A DNA stretch of 63,876 bases, the filler included, from Chiloscyllium plagiosum (taxonomy: Eukaryota): the NCBI RefSeq assembly GCF_004010195.1. It is 4 parts of one record of this genome, joined end to end, with 100 filler letters (N's around TTAATTAATTAA, not from the genome) between each part and the next. Parts side by side here need not be neighbours in the genome. Positions count along the whole stretch, not along the records: positions 1 to 27,198 come from NC_057715.1; 3 more parts are not named here. One strand, 5' to 3'. The position numbers and the translations under genes are program-made. Positions 1 through 12,005 of the stretch are shown here, piece after piece (within the stretch, counting starts at the first letter, position 1; the number at the start of each line of letters is the position of its first letter). The notes beneath the pieces were generated by a model that saw only the letters and a program-made list of their open reading frames with translations, had not been told where the DNA came from and made no database searches.

Positions 1-375
1 TCATAAGATAAGCCCTCCAGTCCAGGCAGCATCCTGGTAAACCTCCTCTGAACCCTCTCCAAAGCATCCACATCTTTCTTATAATAGGGCGACCAGGACT
101 GGACGCAGTATTCTAAGTGCGGTCTAACCAAAGTTTTATAGAGCTGCAACAAGATCTCACGACTCTTAAACTCAATACCCCTGTTAATGAAAGCCNNNNN
201 NTTTCTTAACAACCCTGTCCACTTGGGTGGCCATTTTAAAGGATCTGTGTACCTGCACCCCAAGATCCCTCTGTTCCTCCACACTGCCAAGAATCCTATC
301 CTTAATCCTGTACTCAGCTTTCAAGTTCGACCTTCCAAAATGCATCACCTCGCATTTATCCAGGTTGAACTCCAT
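1..375 (-). mobile_element. CR1-clade LINE ORF2 3' fragment
   Basis: ORF MEFNLDKCEVMHFGRSN...EQRDLGVQVHRS is typical CR1 post-RT sequence and continues to the window edge. Confidence 0.85.
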
Positions 376-462
376 GAATTATGAGAGAATTGAAGGCGGG
401 ACATAATGGAATTGTGGAGTTGAGACCACAAGCTGATCAGCTCTGATCTTATCAAATGATAG

Positions 463-824
463 CCGTGATGTGGAGGTGCTGGTGTTGGACTGGGGTGTAC
501 AAAGTTAAAATTCACGCAACACCAGGTTATAGTCCAACAGGTTTATTTGGAAGTACTAGCTTTCAGAGCACTGTCCCTTCATCAGCTACCTAACGCTAGT
601 ACAGAGGAACCTCGATTATCTGAAGGACACGTGCTTGGAGTATTTAGTTCAGTTAATCGAATTCCGGATAATCAAATGCCAGATAAGTTAGCCAAGCATC
701 AGGACCTTGCGATCTTGTTCGGACAATCCGAACTTCAGTTAATAGAATGCCAGATAATTGAGGTTCCTCTGTACTTCTAAATAAACTTGTTGGACTATAA
801 CCTGGTGTTGTGTGATTTTTAACT
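463..824. mobile_element. Fold-back Penelope-like end (family B) with decayed hammerhead core
   Basis: Inverted arms (aagttaaaattcacgcaacaccaggttatagtccaacaggtttattt / aaataaacttgttggactataacctggtgttgtgtgatttttaactt); TSD ttatcaaatgatag at 449-462 and 825-838; CTGATGA...GAAAGCTA on minus at about 556-585. Confidence 0.7.
602..771. mobile_element. 170-bp MITE, Tc1/mariner-pogo type
   Basis: 21-bp TIRs cagaggaacctc(g/a)attatctg with 1 mismatch; TA on both sides (600-601, 772-773). Confidence 0.85.
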
Positions 825-1742
825 TTATCAAATGATAGAATTGTTTTCAGGGGCTGAATCACCTACTTTTAATTTGAATATTAGCGTAATCATAGGTTCA
901 AATGGCTAATGAGCAAATTCGCAGCCCCAGTGAACGCATTTTGATTTTCTACTCTTGGGCACAGTCTTGAGGGAATGATGAAATTTTGGGAGCTGGTTAG
1001 AGAGTCAGTAAATGCTCTACAATTTCCCTTTTTGAGAAGGCCCACAATGTATTATGGCTCTCAAGGACGGATTTATCAGCCCTTCTCTTGGCCTCAAGGG
1101 CCTGAGGGACACAGCCTTGCTCACTTTGAACTCCTCGCTGATCAGAGGTCTTACTCAACAGTGCCATCACAGATATGGTGGCTGCACTCAGTACTACAAC
1201 CCACCTGAGATTTCAGTTGAAGCACAGGTGAGTAGAGGGATGTGCATTAGGGGAGATGACATTAAGGGCAGGAGGGGGAGACTCTTCATAGGCCACTCCA
1301 CCTTCCTGATACTCTTGGGATCTTTCCATGTCAGAGCCTCACTTATAAACCTTCCATGAACTACAGAGAGAATGTGGGAATTGACTTGGTGCAATCTCTA
1401 TGACTAGCATCAATTACCCACTTAATTGCATCAGTAGGCAGTAGAGAATCTCCAAAGGACATTACCAGGTGAATTTGGGAAGGTGTTATGGTCCCTGTTG
1501 TGTAAGCACCTTATGACCTTGGAGTAACTCTGCAATCATTTCACGGGACTGCTCCTCAGTATGGACAAATAGCATAGTGTGGGTGGAGTTAAAGCACAGA
1601 TGGAGAAAAAACATTTGGAAAAATAAACATAAACCTGGAGTCTAGTCATTTAAATGTTAGAATCATGTACAGTTGACTGACCAGCATTAGGTGGTACAGT
1701 TTATGATACAGTTTTTCAATAAGGTAAGTTGAGAGCTTCATA

Positions 1743-1962
1743 TAGGTCAATCTGTTACAATGCGTGTGTCATCATCCCGAATTCACTGTAATGCAATTGA
1801 CGAGTTGGGGACGCTGTTTCTATAGCATGAACATTTAAAATATGTGTTGGCTGTAACACGATTACAACGCCAACACTTCATGTGCTGTTTCTGAAGCATG
1901 ATTTTTCTATAATGCGGAGTTGCACAAGAATGCAACCACTGTGTTTTAGAAGATCTGACTGT
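1743..1962. mobile_element. Possible degraded pogo/Tigger-like MITE
   Basis: Ends in ...gatctgactg-TA, with only a weak inverted match at the left end. Confidence 0.3.
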
Positions 1963-3623
1963 ATATCTCTTAATGCCTCATCTTCCACCTCAGAACCCTT
2001 CAACCCCAGGGCATAAATGTGGACTTTATCAATTTCCTCATTTCCCCTCCCCCCACCTTACCCCAGTTCCAACCTTCCAGTTCAGCACCATCCTCATGAC
2101 CTGTCCTACCTGCCAATCTTTCTTCTGCTGCATTTTTCCAGCACCACACGCTTGACTCTGATCTCCAGCATCTATAGTCCTCACTTTTGCCCTGTAGATC
2201 TCTGATTCCTATCCATTGCAGTATTTACACTCATCATGGAACGAAAGGTATTGTAAAGAAACTCTGGCCTGAATACAAAGTTTGGCCTTGCTTTCTCCTT
2301 GGCCAGTCTGCCTTAACCCTAAATCCATAGATGTGGAGATAACACCACCCCATGGAACAGTCCCAAACTGCCACTCTCCCATTTGATTCAATGACTCTCC
2401 AACATCAAACTCACCACTTGAGATGGCAAAGCCTTCCCTCCAGTATTTCCTTACATGTCTCAATGCAATATTTTCTCTTAAATACTTGTGGAACAATATG
2501 TGTGCAACATCTTAGTGCAATGACCTACATCTTAGTGCAATGATCTACAGGAGGGGATCATATAGCAGTAACATAGCTAGATTATTAAACGAGAATTCTG
2601 CGCTGATTTTCTGGGGTCATGGGTTTAAACCTCACCATTGCAGATGGTGAAAACCAAGGTTTGATTTTATTCACCTGTGGAAAGTGAACCTCTTTGGCTG
2701 GCTAGCATACTTATTGCCTGGCACGAGTGTGGTGCTGGAAAAGCACCACGGGCCAGGCAGCATCCGAGGAGCAGGAAAATCATTTATTTCCAGTTCTGAG
2801 TTGCCCTTGAAGAAGTGTTAGTGAGCTGCTTTCTTGAACTGCTGCAATCCATATGCTGTAGGTTGACTCACAATGCCCTCAGGGAGGGAATTCCACAATT
2901 CAATTAATAAAAGTTGAAATAAAAGGAAGTTTAATTCATAAATCCAGAATTAAAAGCAAGTTCAGTATTGACCATTGCTGATTGTTGCAAAACCCCATTT
3001 GATTCATCTGCTCTTACCTGTTATGCCTAATGTGTGACTTTGTTGACTCTTAAATGCTCCTTGAAACATATTAACAAGCTGCTCAGTTATAACTATTGCT
3101 ACTGAGTCTGATAAAATGATGGAAGTGAAATGGACCACACATCGCCAACAAAGGCACTATATTGCTGTTCCTTCCGTGTCCCTGGGTCAAAGTCCTGAAA
3201 CTCCCTCTCTAACAACATTCTAGGGTGTATCTACATCCTGAGGATGGCAGAGGTTCAAGAAGGCAGCCCACCAGCAAAAGCTATATGATAATTTCATGAA
3301 TGGGCAGGGAACACAGGGATACAGACCCTTAGAAAATAGGCAACAGGTTTAGATAGAGGATCTGAATCAGCGCAGGCTTGGAGGGCCGAAGCCTTGACTA
3401 TTTTTCGGCCAATTAGGGATGGGCAATAAGTGCTGACTCAGCCGGCGATGCCCCATTCTGTGAATGAATTTTAAAAAGGTGCAGTACAAATATAAATGGT
3501 CATGTATAAATTTGTATCTTTATATCAGCAATGACTTCAGATTCCCACTGGTACACTTAGAAAGTGAGGATTTCACTGCAACGCTACCACTTACATTGAA
3601 ATCGACCACAGAAACCAAATAGA

Positions 3624-4123
3624 NNNNNNNNNNNNNNNNNNNNNNNNNNNNNNNNNNNNNNNNNNNNNNNNNNNNNNNNNNNNNNNNNNNNNNNNNNNNN
3701 NNNNNNNNNNNNNNNNNNNNNNNNNNNNNNNNNNNNNNNNNNNNNNNNNNNNNNNNNNNNNNNNNNNNNNNNNNNNNNNNNNNNNNNNNNNNNNNNNNNN
3801 NNNNNNNNNNNNNNNNNNNNNNNNNNNNNNNNNNNNNNNNNNNNNNNNNNNNNNNNNNNNNNNNNNNNNNNNNNNNNNNNNNNNNNNNNNNNNNNNNNNN
3901 NNNNNNNNNNNNNNNNNNNNNNNNNNNNNNNNNNNNNNNNNNNNNNNNNNNNNNNNNNNNNNNNNNNNNNNNNNNNNNNNNNNNNNNNNNNNNNNNNNNN
4001 NNNNNNNNNNNNNNNNNNNNNNNNNNNNNNNNNNNNNNNNNNNNNNNNNNNNNNNNNNNNNNNNNNNNNNNNNNNNNNNNNNNNNNNNNNNNNNNNNNNN
4101 NNNNNNNNNNNNNNNNNNNNNNN
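3624..4123. other. Assembly gap (500 N)
   Basis: Run of N. Confidence 0.99.
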
Positions 4124-4249
4124 GATAGTGCCAGGCATGTGCCTTATACCCACAAATACCTCATACATGCACATGTCCTAAATTGTGTGTACCCCATACC
4201 TGGAAACTTCATAAATGTAAGCTCACTCACACATTGGAGTAGGGAGAGG

Positions 4250-4625
4250 GGATACTGGAACAATGGTATTGTCACTAGGTTGGTAATCCACAAACCCAGG
4301 CTAAAGCTCTGAAGACACAGATTGGAATCCCGCCATGGCAGATGGTGAAATTTGAATTTCATTAACAAACCTGGAATTTAAAGGAAATAGTCTAAAAGGA
4401 GCATTTAAAGCATGGTGAATTACCATAAGATCCGATGTATTCCACTCATGTCCTTTCGGGAAGAAAATCTGCCATTCTTACCTGGTCTGGTCCACATGTA
4501 ACTTCAGACTCTGAGCAATGTCCTTGTCTTTGAACTGCCCTCTGAAGTGATCCAGTAAGTCACTCAATTCAAGGGCAATTCGGGATGGGCAGCAAACCTT
4601 GCCAGCGAGTTTCACATCTCATGAA
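4250..4625 (+). mobile_element. Second SINE-like family; further copies near 19560-19865(-), 29095-29440, 42778-43100, 43620-43955(-), 47070-48490 (split), 60255-60530
   Basis: Recurring blocks gccatggcagatggtgaaatttgaatt, ttacctggtctgg, gggatgggc; tRNA-like A/B-box head in the better copies; family not named. Confidence 0.6.
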
Positions 4626-4710
4626 ATGATGAAATGAAAATTGTAATTGAGCTTATTAAAAACAGTAGACCTTAAATTATTTTGCATTTATTCATGGGAT
4701 GAGGACATGA

Positions 4711-5075
4711 GGGTGGCACGGTGGCTCAGTGGTTAGCACTGCTGCCTCACAGCATCAGGGTCCAGGTTTGATTACACTCTCAGGCAACTGTCTGTGTGGC
4801 GTTTGCACATTCTCCCCCTGTCTGCATGGGTTTCCTCTGGGTGTTCCAGTTTTCTCCCACAATCCAAAGATGTGCAGCTTAAGTGATTTGACCATGCTAA
4901 GTTGCCCATAGTGTTCAAGGATGTGTAGATTAGGTGCACTAGTCAGCGGTAAATGTAGAGTAATAGGGTAGGAGAAAGGGTCTGGTTGGGTTACTCTTTG
5001 GAGAGTCAGTGTGGAATTGTTGGCCAAACAGCCTGCTTCCACACTGTAGGGATCCGATGATTCTATGATTCTATG
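4711..5075 (+). mobile_element. HE1-type tRNA-derived V-SINE
   Basis: A box tggctcagtgg, V-domain tttgcacattctccccc...gggtttcc, 3' (gattctat)n tail. Confidence 0.85.
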
Positions 5076-7229
5076 ACGTTGCTTACTACATCAGCATTCG
5101 ATGCCCATTCCAAATTGCCTAATGGGTGCGGTTAAATGCCAACCACATGCCATGGGTCTGGAGTCACTTACCTAACCATGTAAGGATGGTCAAACCAATG
5201 GGGTTTTATTACAATCAAAAGTGGCTGCATGTTCACTGTTAGGCAAACCTCTTTGAAATATAATTTTTAACTTGTATTTCAGCTTTCTATTGATTTCAGA
5301 TTTCTCTGTTTCTCATGGTGTGGGATTCAAACCCGTGCTTTTGGAATGTTAAACTGGGGTTCTGGTTTACTAGTCAAGTAACAATAGCACTGCGTCACCG
5401 CCTCCAAAGGACTCTGTACAGTAAAGAAAACAAAATAGTTTGCACACTCCAGATTTTCATATCACTCATCAAGCCATATAATTTGCAGCTTCTCCTCGAT
5501 TTGCAACATCGGTAGGTGGCACAGTGTGGCAGTTCCTAACTGGAGGGATTTTGATGTCCTTGGGGAGATGAATAAGGCGCTGAATAATTCGCCAGCACTT
5601 TGTCTGTTCTAAGTGGTTCCTTGTGCCAAACAATGTTATCACAGTGTGACATTCTCGAAAGCTCTCATTTCTTTTGTAATTAAACAGCTCGGAGGGGGCT
5701 AGCATAGTCTCCTTGTCCTTTCTTGTTGCCTGTTAATAGAGAGAAGAAGAAAGCGATAAGAGTGGAAGTCACAAAATCAAATTTCCGACATGATAACACC
5801 TTCTTTATACGAGCAAAGAATGCGCGGAGTAATCGTCCTTCATTTCCTAAAGTGTCTCTCATAAGGTCACCACTAATCTTACTCCTGCTGCTTGCCTTCC
5901 CCTCCATCAGTGCTTTCTCAAAATAGAAGCAATGTGACAATTGTGTTTCAGTAAACAGGTCTTGAATTGTATCTTTGCTTACTCCAGGTCATTGCAAGTC
6001 TTGGTGGCTCAGACAGCTTGAGCCATCACTAGTCATAGGATTGTGCATTTGGCCCATCGTGTCTGTGCTAGCTCTTCAAAAGAATCACTCAAGTGGTGCC
6101 ATCAATCCTTACTCTTTCTTCTGTGGGAGGTGTAAGAGAGTTTGCCAAAATTTTGAAGCATTTGGATGAGAGTAAATAAGCAGAGACAGTTTGTAGTGGC
6201 AGATGGTTCAGCAACAAGAGGAGACAGGTTTCTAGATTACTAACAAAAGGGCTGGAGGCAGTGGAGGAGAAACACTTTGTTTTATTCTATCATTGGATGT
6301 AAACATCAATGGTAAAACCAGTATTTGTTGCCCATCCTTAAATGCCCAGGAATTGAATGGGCTGCCTTACCATTAATCAGGACAGTTGAGAGTCATGGCT
6401 GTAGGCCTGGAGTCATATGCAGCCCATTCAAAAATCATTTGATAACCTTCCCAGCTATTACATTGTTGTTGTGTTGCCATAATATTACCAGACCATAGGG
6501 AGGCATTAGAGAGAAACAACTGGTGGTGATTATGACCTGAGGCCCACCAAGCCTCAGGGGAGGGAAGAGGTTGAGAATGAGAGCCCTTCATGGTAACCTT
6601 AAACAGTCATGGGAATTGACTGCACACTATTGGCATCACATTGCTCTGTCAAGCAGCAAACCAGCCAACTGAGCACAACCAATTTCCAGATATCAGATCA
6701 TATTTGTTTTGAAAATCAATCATATATTCAGGACACCGTTATTGAAAATGTTTTACATTCTAGACATATTAATTCTTCTCCCTTCTTCCTACTGCAAAGG
6801 TTGGACTTGAACCCTTACCTCTAGAATCCAGGTCTCTAGATTAAATGTCCAGGGACATCTTTGCTTCCCAGTGAATCGGTACAGTCTAGAAAGTACTGGT
6901 TGAAATGGTGATGGAATGGAGATTGGTGATATATTTTCAAGTATGTCTAATTTTCTTGGCAGAAGTATGGACTGGAAGAGGATAGTAAAACTATGGGACT
7001 AAATTGGACAGCTCTTTCAAAGACGCAGCATACCTCGGATGGGCTGTATGGCCACCTTCTATTTTGCAAGTGGATGATAAAATCTGACATGTTCAACCCA
7101 CTCACTTGTAGCTTCAACAGAGTTAGGGTGAGGAGAAAGTGAGGATTGCAGATGCTGGAGATCAGAGCTTAAAAATGTGTTGCTGGAAAAGCGCAGCAGG
7201 TCAGGCAGCATCAGAGGAGAAGGAGAATT

Positions 7230-7257
7230 GACGTTTCGGGCATAAGCCCTTCTTCAG
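7230..7257 (-). ncRNA. Minimal type I hammerhead ribozyme core (mirror copy)
   Basis: Exact reverse complement of 7263-7290. Confidence 0.7.
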
Positions 7258-7262
7258 GATTC

Positions 7263-7290
7263 CTGAAGAAGGGCTTATGCCCGAAACGTC
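7263..7290 (+). ncRNA. Minimal type I hammerhead ribozyme core
   Basis: CTGAAGA-A-GGGC ttat GCCC-GAAA-C-GTC: both core boxes, 4-bp stem II, palindromic ACGT stem III, GUC site. Confidence 0.7.
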
Positions 7291-7519
7291 GATTCTCCTT
7301 CTCCTCTGATGCTGCCTGACCTGCTGCGCTTTTCCAGCAACACATTTTTAAGCTATAGTTAGGGTGAGGTATATGGTGACCAAGGAAGCAGCTTGGTCAT
7401 TCTAGTATTACAAGTGGTGCTGTCTGCAACAGATTTTATCTCTCTTCAAGCTGTTGTCCTGGTCAGTCAGGTCTCCAGGCAGTTAAACGCAGATGAGGTG
7501 AGTGGCCAATGCTTTTCCA

Positions 7520-9000
7520 TAAGACCATAGGACATAGGAGCAGGAGTTGGCTATTCATCCATTGGGTCTGCTCCACTACTCAATGCGAACATGGCTGATC
7601 TGATCATCTTCAACTCCATTTTCCTGCCTTTTCCCCATCACCCTTAATTCCTTTATTGATTGAAAATCTGTCTGTCTCAGCCTTGAATATAGTTAACGAT
7701 CCAACCTCTATAGCCCTCTGTGATAAGAAATTCCACCATCTCACTAGCCTCTGAGAAAAAAATCCTCCCTCATCTCCATCATAAATGTGCAACCCTTTAT
7801 TCTGAGATGATGCCCTTTAGTTCTAGACTCTCCTACAGGGGAAATGACCTCTCCACATATCCCTTCAAGTCCCCTAAAGATCTTGAATGTTGCGATAAGG
7901 TCATCTATTAGTAAAGTTAGATTGCATGGGATCTAGGGTGAGCTAGTCACTTGGATGCAAAATTTGCTTAATGATAGGAGATGGGGAGAGGGTTGTTGTT
8001 TGGACTAGAGGACCATGACCTCAAGGAGAGCTGCTGGGTCCATTAGTGTTTGTCATTTGTATAGACTTTTACATGTGAATATAGGAGGCATGGTTAGTAA
8101 GTTTGCAAAGACACAACAATTGATGATGTGGGGCAGAGTAAAGATAGTTAATTCAGAGTACAGCAAAATCTTGAACAGCTGAGCCAATGGGCCAAGAAGT
8201 GGCAGATAGAGTTTAAGTTAGATAAATGCGAGATGTTGCATTTTGGTAAGACAAATCAGGGCAGGTCTTACACAGTTATTGGTCTGGGGAGTGTTGCTGA
8301 ACAGAGAGATCTAGGGGTGCAGGTACATCGTTCCTTGAAAGTGAGGTGACAGGTAAACAAGGTGGTAAAAAAGGTATTTGGCATGCTTGCCTTCATTGGT
8401 CAGAGCATTGACTGTAGGGGTTAGGCCACTACGTTGCAGTTACACAGGACATTGGTAAGGCAACGTTTGGAATACTGCTTTTGATTCTGGTTACGCTGTG
8501 ATAGAAAGGATGTTATTAAAAACTGGAAAGGGGGCATAAAATAACTTACAAAGATGTTACCAAGACTGGAAGAGTTGAGTTATGAGAGGCTAGATAGGTG
8601 GAGACGTTTTTTTTTCTCTGGAATTTTTGATGCTGAGGAGTGACCTTCTAAAGATTTATAAAATCATGAGAGGTGTAGATAAGGTGAATAGCCAAAGTCT
8701 TTTCCCTAGGGTAGGGGAGTCCAAAGCTAGAAGGTATGGTAAGAAGGAAAATAGGGAACTGAGGGGCAACTTTTTCACACAAAGGATGGTGCAATTATGG
8801 AACGAGGTGCCAGAGGAAATAGTCGAAGTGAGTACAATTACAATATTTGAAAGACATTTGGATAGGTACATGGATAAGAAAGATTTAGTGGGATATAGAT
8901 TAAACACAGGCAAATAGTTCAGTTTGGGAAACCTGGTCAGCATGGATGAGTTCGGCTGAAGGATCTATTTGCAAGCTGTACACCTCTGTGACTCCATGAC
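7520..9000. mobile_element. Two decayed CR1 LINE fragments (7520-7905 minus; 7910-9000 plus)
   Basis: FFSQRLVRWWNFL and FFTQRMVQLWNEVPEEIVE C-terminal motifs with many stops. Confidence 0.75.
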
Positions 9001-9146
9001 ATCTCCTGTATAGTCTCTCCATACCTGGTATCAGCCTAGTGAACATTCTGTCCTTAGATAAGAGGTCCAAAACAGTTCACGGTATTCCAACTGTGGTCTG
9101 ACTAGTGCCTTGCGTAATTTTAGGAAGAACCCCCTCCTTTGATGAT

Positions 9147-11195
9147 TAGATTCCCTACAGAGTAGAAACAGGCCCTTCGGCCCAACAAGTCCACACCAAC
9201 CCTCCAAAGAGTAACCCACCCAGACCCATTTAGAACATAGAATATAGAACATTACAGCACAGTACAGGCCCTCGATGTTGCTGTCATACTAATCTGAAAC
9301 CCATCCCACCTACACTATTCCACGAATATATGTCTGTCCAATGATGACTTAAATGCACTTAAACTTGACGAATCTACTACCGTTGCAGGCAAAGCATTCC
9401 ATACCCTTACTACTCTCTGAGTAAAGAAACTACCTCTGACATCTGTCTTATACCTATCTCCCCTCACTTTAAAGTTGTGTCCCCTCGTGTTTGCCATTCC
9501 CATACTTGGAAAAAGGCTCTCCCTGTCCACCCTATCTAACCCTCTGATTATCTTGTATGTCTCTATTAAGACACCTCTCAACCTTCTTTTCTCTACCGAG
9601 AACAGCCTTAAGTCCCTCAGCCTTTCCTCGTAAGACCTTCTCTCCATACCAGGCAACATCCTAGTAAATCTCCTCTGCACCCTTTCCAAAGCTTCCACAT
9701 CCTTCTTATAATGCGGTGACCAGAACTGTACACAATACTCCAAGTGTGGCTGAACCAGAGTTTTGTACAGCTGCAGTATAACCTCCTGGTTCCAGAACTC
9801 AAGCCCTCTATTAATAAAGGCCAAAACACTGTATGCCTTCTTAACAACCTTGTCAATCTGGGTGGCAACTTTCAGGGATCTGTGTACATGGACACCGGGA
9901 TCCCTCTGCTCATCTGCACTCCCAAGAATCTTACCATTAGCCCAGTACTTTGCATTCCGATTACTCCATCCAAAGCGTATCACCTCACCCTTGTCCACAT
10001 TAAACACCATTTTCCACCTCTCAGCCCAGCTCTGCATCCTATCTAGTCTCTCTGCAACCTACTGCATCCTTCATCACTATCCACAACTCCACCGACCTTA
10101 GTGTCATCTGGAAATTTACTAACCCACCCTTCTAAGCCCTCATCCAGGTCATTTATAAAAATGACGAACAACAGTGGACCCAAATTCGACCCTTGCGGTA
10201 CGCCGCTAATAACTGGACACCAAGATGAACATGTTCCATCAACTACAACCCTCTGTTTTCTTTCAGCAAGCCAATTACTGATCCAAACTGCTATGTCTCT
10301 CACAATCCCATTCCTTCGCATTTTGTACAATAGCCTACCGTGGGGAACCTTATCGAACGCCTTGCTGAAATCCATATACACCACATCAACCGGTTTACTC
10401 TCATCTACCTGTTTGGTCACTTTGTCAAAAAAGTCAATAAGATTCGTTAGGCATGGCCTACCCTTCACAAAACCGTGCTGACTGTCCCTGATCAGATTAT
10501 TCTTTTCTAGATGGTTATAAATCCTATCTCTTATAACCTTTTCCAACACTTTACCAACAACTGAAGTGAGACTCACTGGTCTGTAATTACCAGGGTTGTC
10601 TCTACTACCCTTTTTGAACAAGGGAACTACATTTGTTATCCTCCAGTCCTCAGGCACTATCCCTGTAGACAATGATGATTTGAAGATCAATGCCAAAGGT
10701 TCAGCAATCTCTTCCCTTGCTTCCCAGAGGATCCTAGGGTAGATGCCATCTGGCCCAGGGGACTTGTCTATTTTCACACTCTGCAGTATTTTTAATACCT
10801 CTTCCTTGTGAACCTCAATCTCTTCTAGTCTAGATGCAAGTGTCTCTGTCTCTTCCTCGCCAACATTTTCATTTTCTACAGTGAACACTGTCGAAAAATA
10901 TTTATTTAGTGCTTCCCCTATCTCCTCTGACTCCACAACTTCCCACTGTTATCATTGATTGGCCCTAATTTAACTCTCGTCATTCTTTTATTCCTTATTT
11001 CCCTCTAACGCTATGGATAATTTAGCATGGCCAATTCACCTGGCCTGCACATTTTTGGACTGAGGGAGGAAATCAGAGCACACCCACGCAGACACAGGGA
11101 GATTGTGCAAACTCCACACTAGTCGCCCGAGGCTGGAATTTAACCTGGGACCCTGGTGCTGTGAGACAGCAGCAGTAACCACTGAGCCACCATGG
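9147..11195 (-). mobile_element. HE1-type SINE split by a CR1 insertion (parts 9147-9230 and about 10997-11195)
   Basis: SINE sequence ...ccacccagacccattt resumes as ccctctaacg...gcaaactccacac...aaccactgagccacc after the LINE. Confidence 0.75.
9231..10996 (-). mobile_element. Young 5'-truncated CR1 LINE, ORF2 RT domain, disabled
   Basis: ORFs 10043-10936 and 9315-10037: [36 protein letters not shown] in place of FADD; 1-nt frameshift near 10044; (ttctatg)-like tail. Confidence 0.95.
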
Positions 11196-11504
11196 CCCCT
11201 GCTATCTCATTCCATTTGGAATAAAGGCTAACATTCCATTTCCTTATTACCCACTGAACTTGGTCACTCGCATTTTTTTCCAACATGGCTTGTGGGCCAA
11301 GTGGAACAGCACTCAAGCCTGTCTGTGCACTCACCAAGAATGCCAACTTTCCCTTCAGAATCACCAACTCCACACCTCAGATCTAGACTGAGTAACACTT
11401 AGCAAAGCGTGTTACTGATGCCACAACTCCTCACTCCTTACTCTCTGGACTGAATCTTCCTTCTGAGCACTCTCCACCCGCCCACAGTCCTGTAGTCAGT
11501 ATTG

Positions 11505-12005
11505 GCACCCTTAGTTAAGGAAATACATAATTTCACTGGAAGCAAGAGATAGTTCACTGGGATGATTTCTGGTATTAATGGATTGACTTATGAGCAAACG
11601 CTAAACAGGTTGGGACTCTCCTCATTGGAGTTTAGAATAATAAGGTTAATCTCTTTGAAACTTCTGGAATCCTTAAAGTACTTGACAGGGTAAACGCTGA
11701 GGGAATGTTTTCTCTATTGAGATAATATGAGACCAGAGGTCATCCTCTCACAATAAAGGGATGAGGAGGAATTTCTTCTCTCAGAGAGTTATAAGTCGTT
11801 AGAACTCCATGCCACAACGATCTGTGGGGGTAGATTCCTTGTGTATATTTATAGATAGATTCATAATCAGTTGAGGAATCAAGTGTTATGGGGTAAGAAC
11901 AGGAAAGGAGATCTGAGGAATGTTAGATTAGCCATGATCCTATTGAATTGTGAAGCAGGCTTGAGGTGCTGAATGGCCTACTCATGTTCCTATGTCCTAA
12001 GGTTT
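11505..12005 (+). mobile_element. Decayed CR1 3' fragment
   Basis: Similar to other CR1 3' ends in the window (ttcttctctcagagagtt, gaatggcctactc). Confidence 0.65.

Larger units (their letters stand above)
7134..7356. mobile_element. Fold-back Penelope-like end (family A) with two back-to-back hammerheads
   Basis: 94-bp inverted arms 7166-7259 / 7261-7354 with 1 mismatch and a 1-nt spacer; TSD agttagggtgagg at 7121-7133 and 7357-7369. Confidence 0.85.

Noticed and set aside
2508..2549. 20-bp tandem duplication
   Set aside because: Two units only; ordinary slippage, not an array.
3584..4174. 196-aa ORF and a GTAAGT donor at 3589-3594
   Set aside because: Mostly N; the visible flanks give no recognisable peptide, so an exon cannot be supported.
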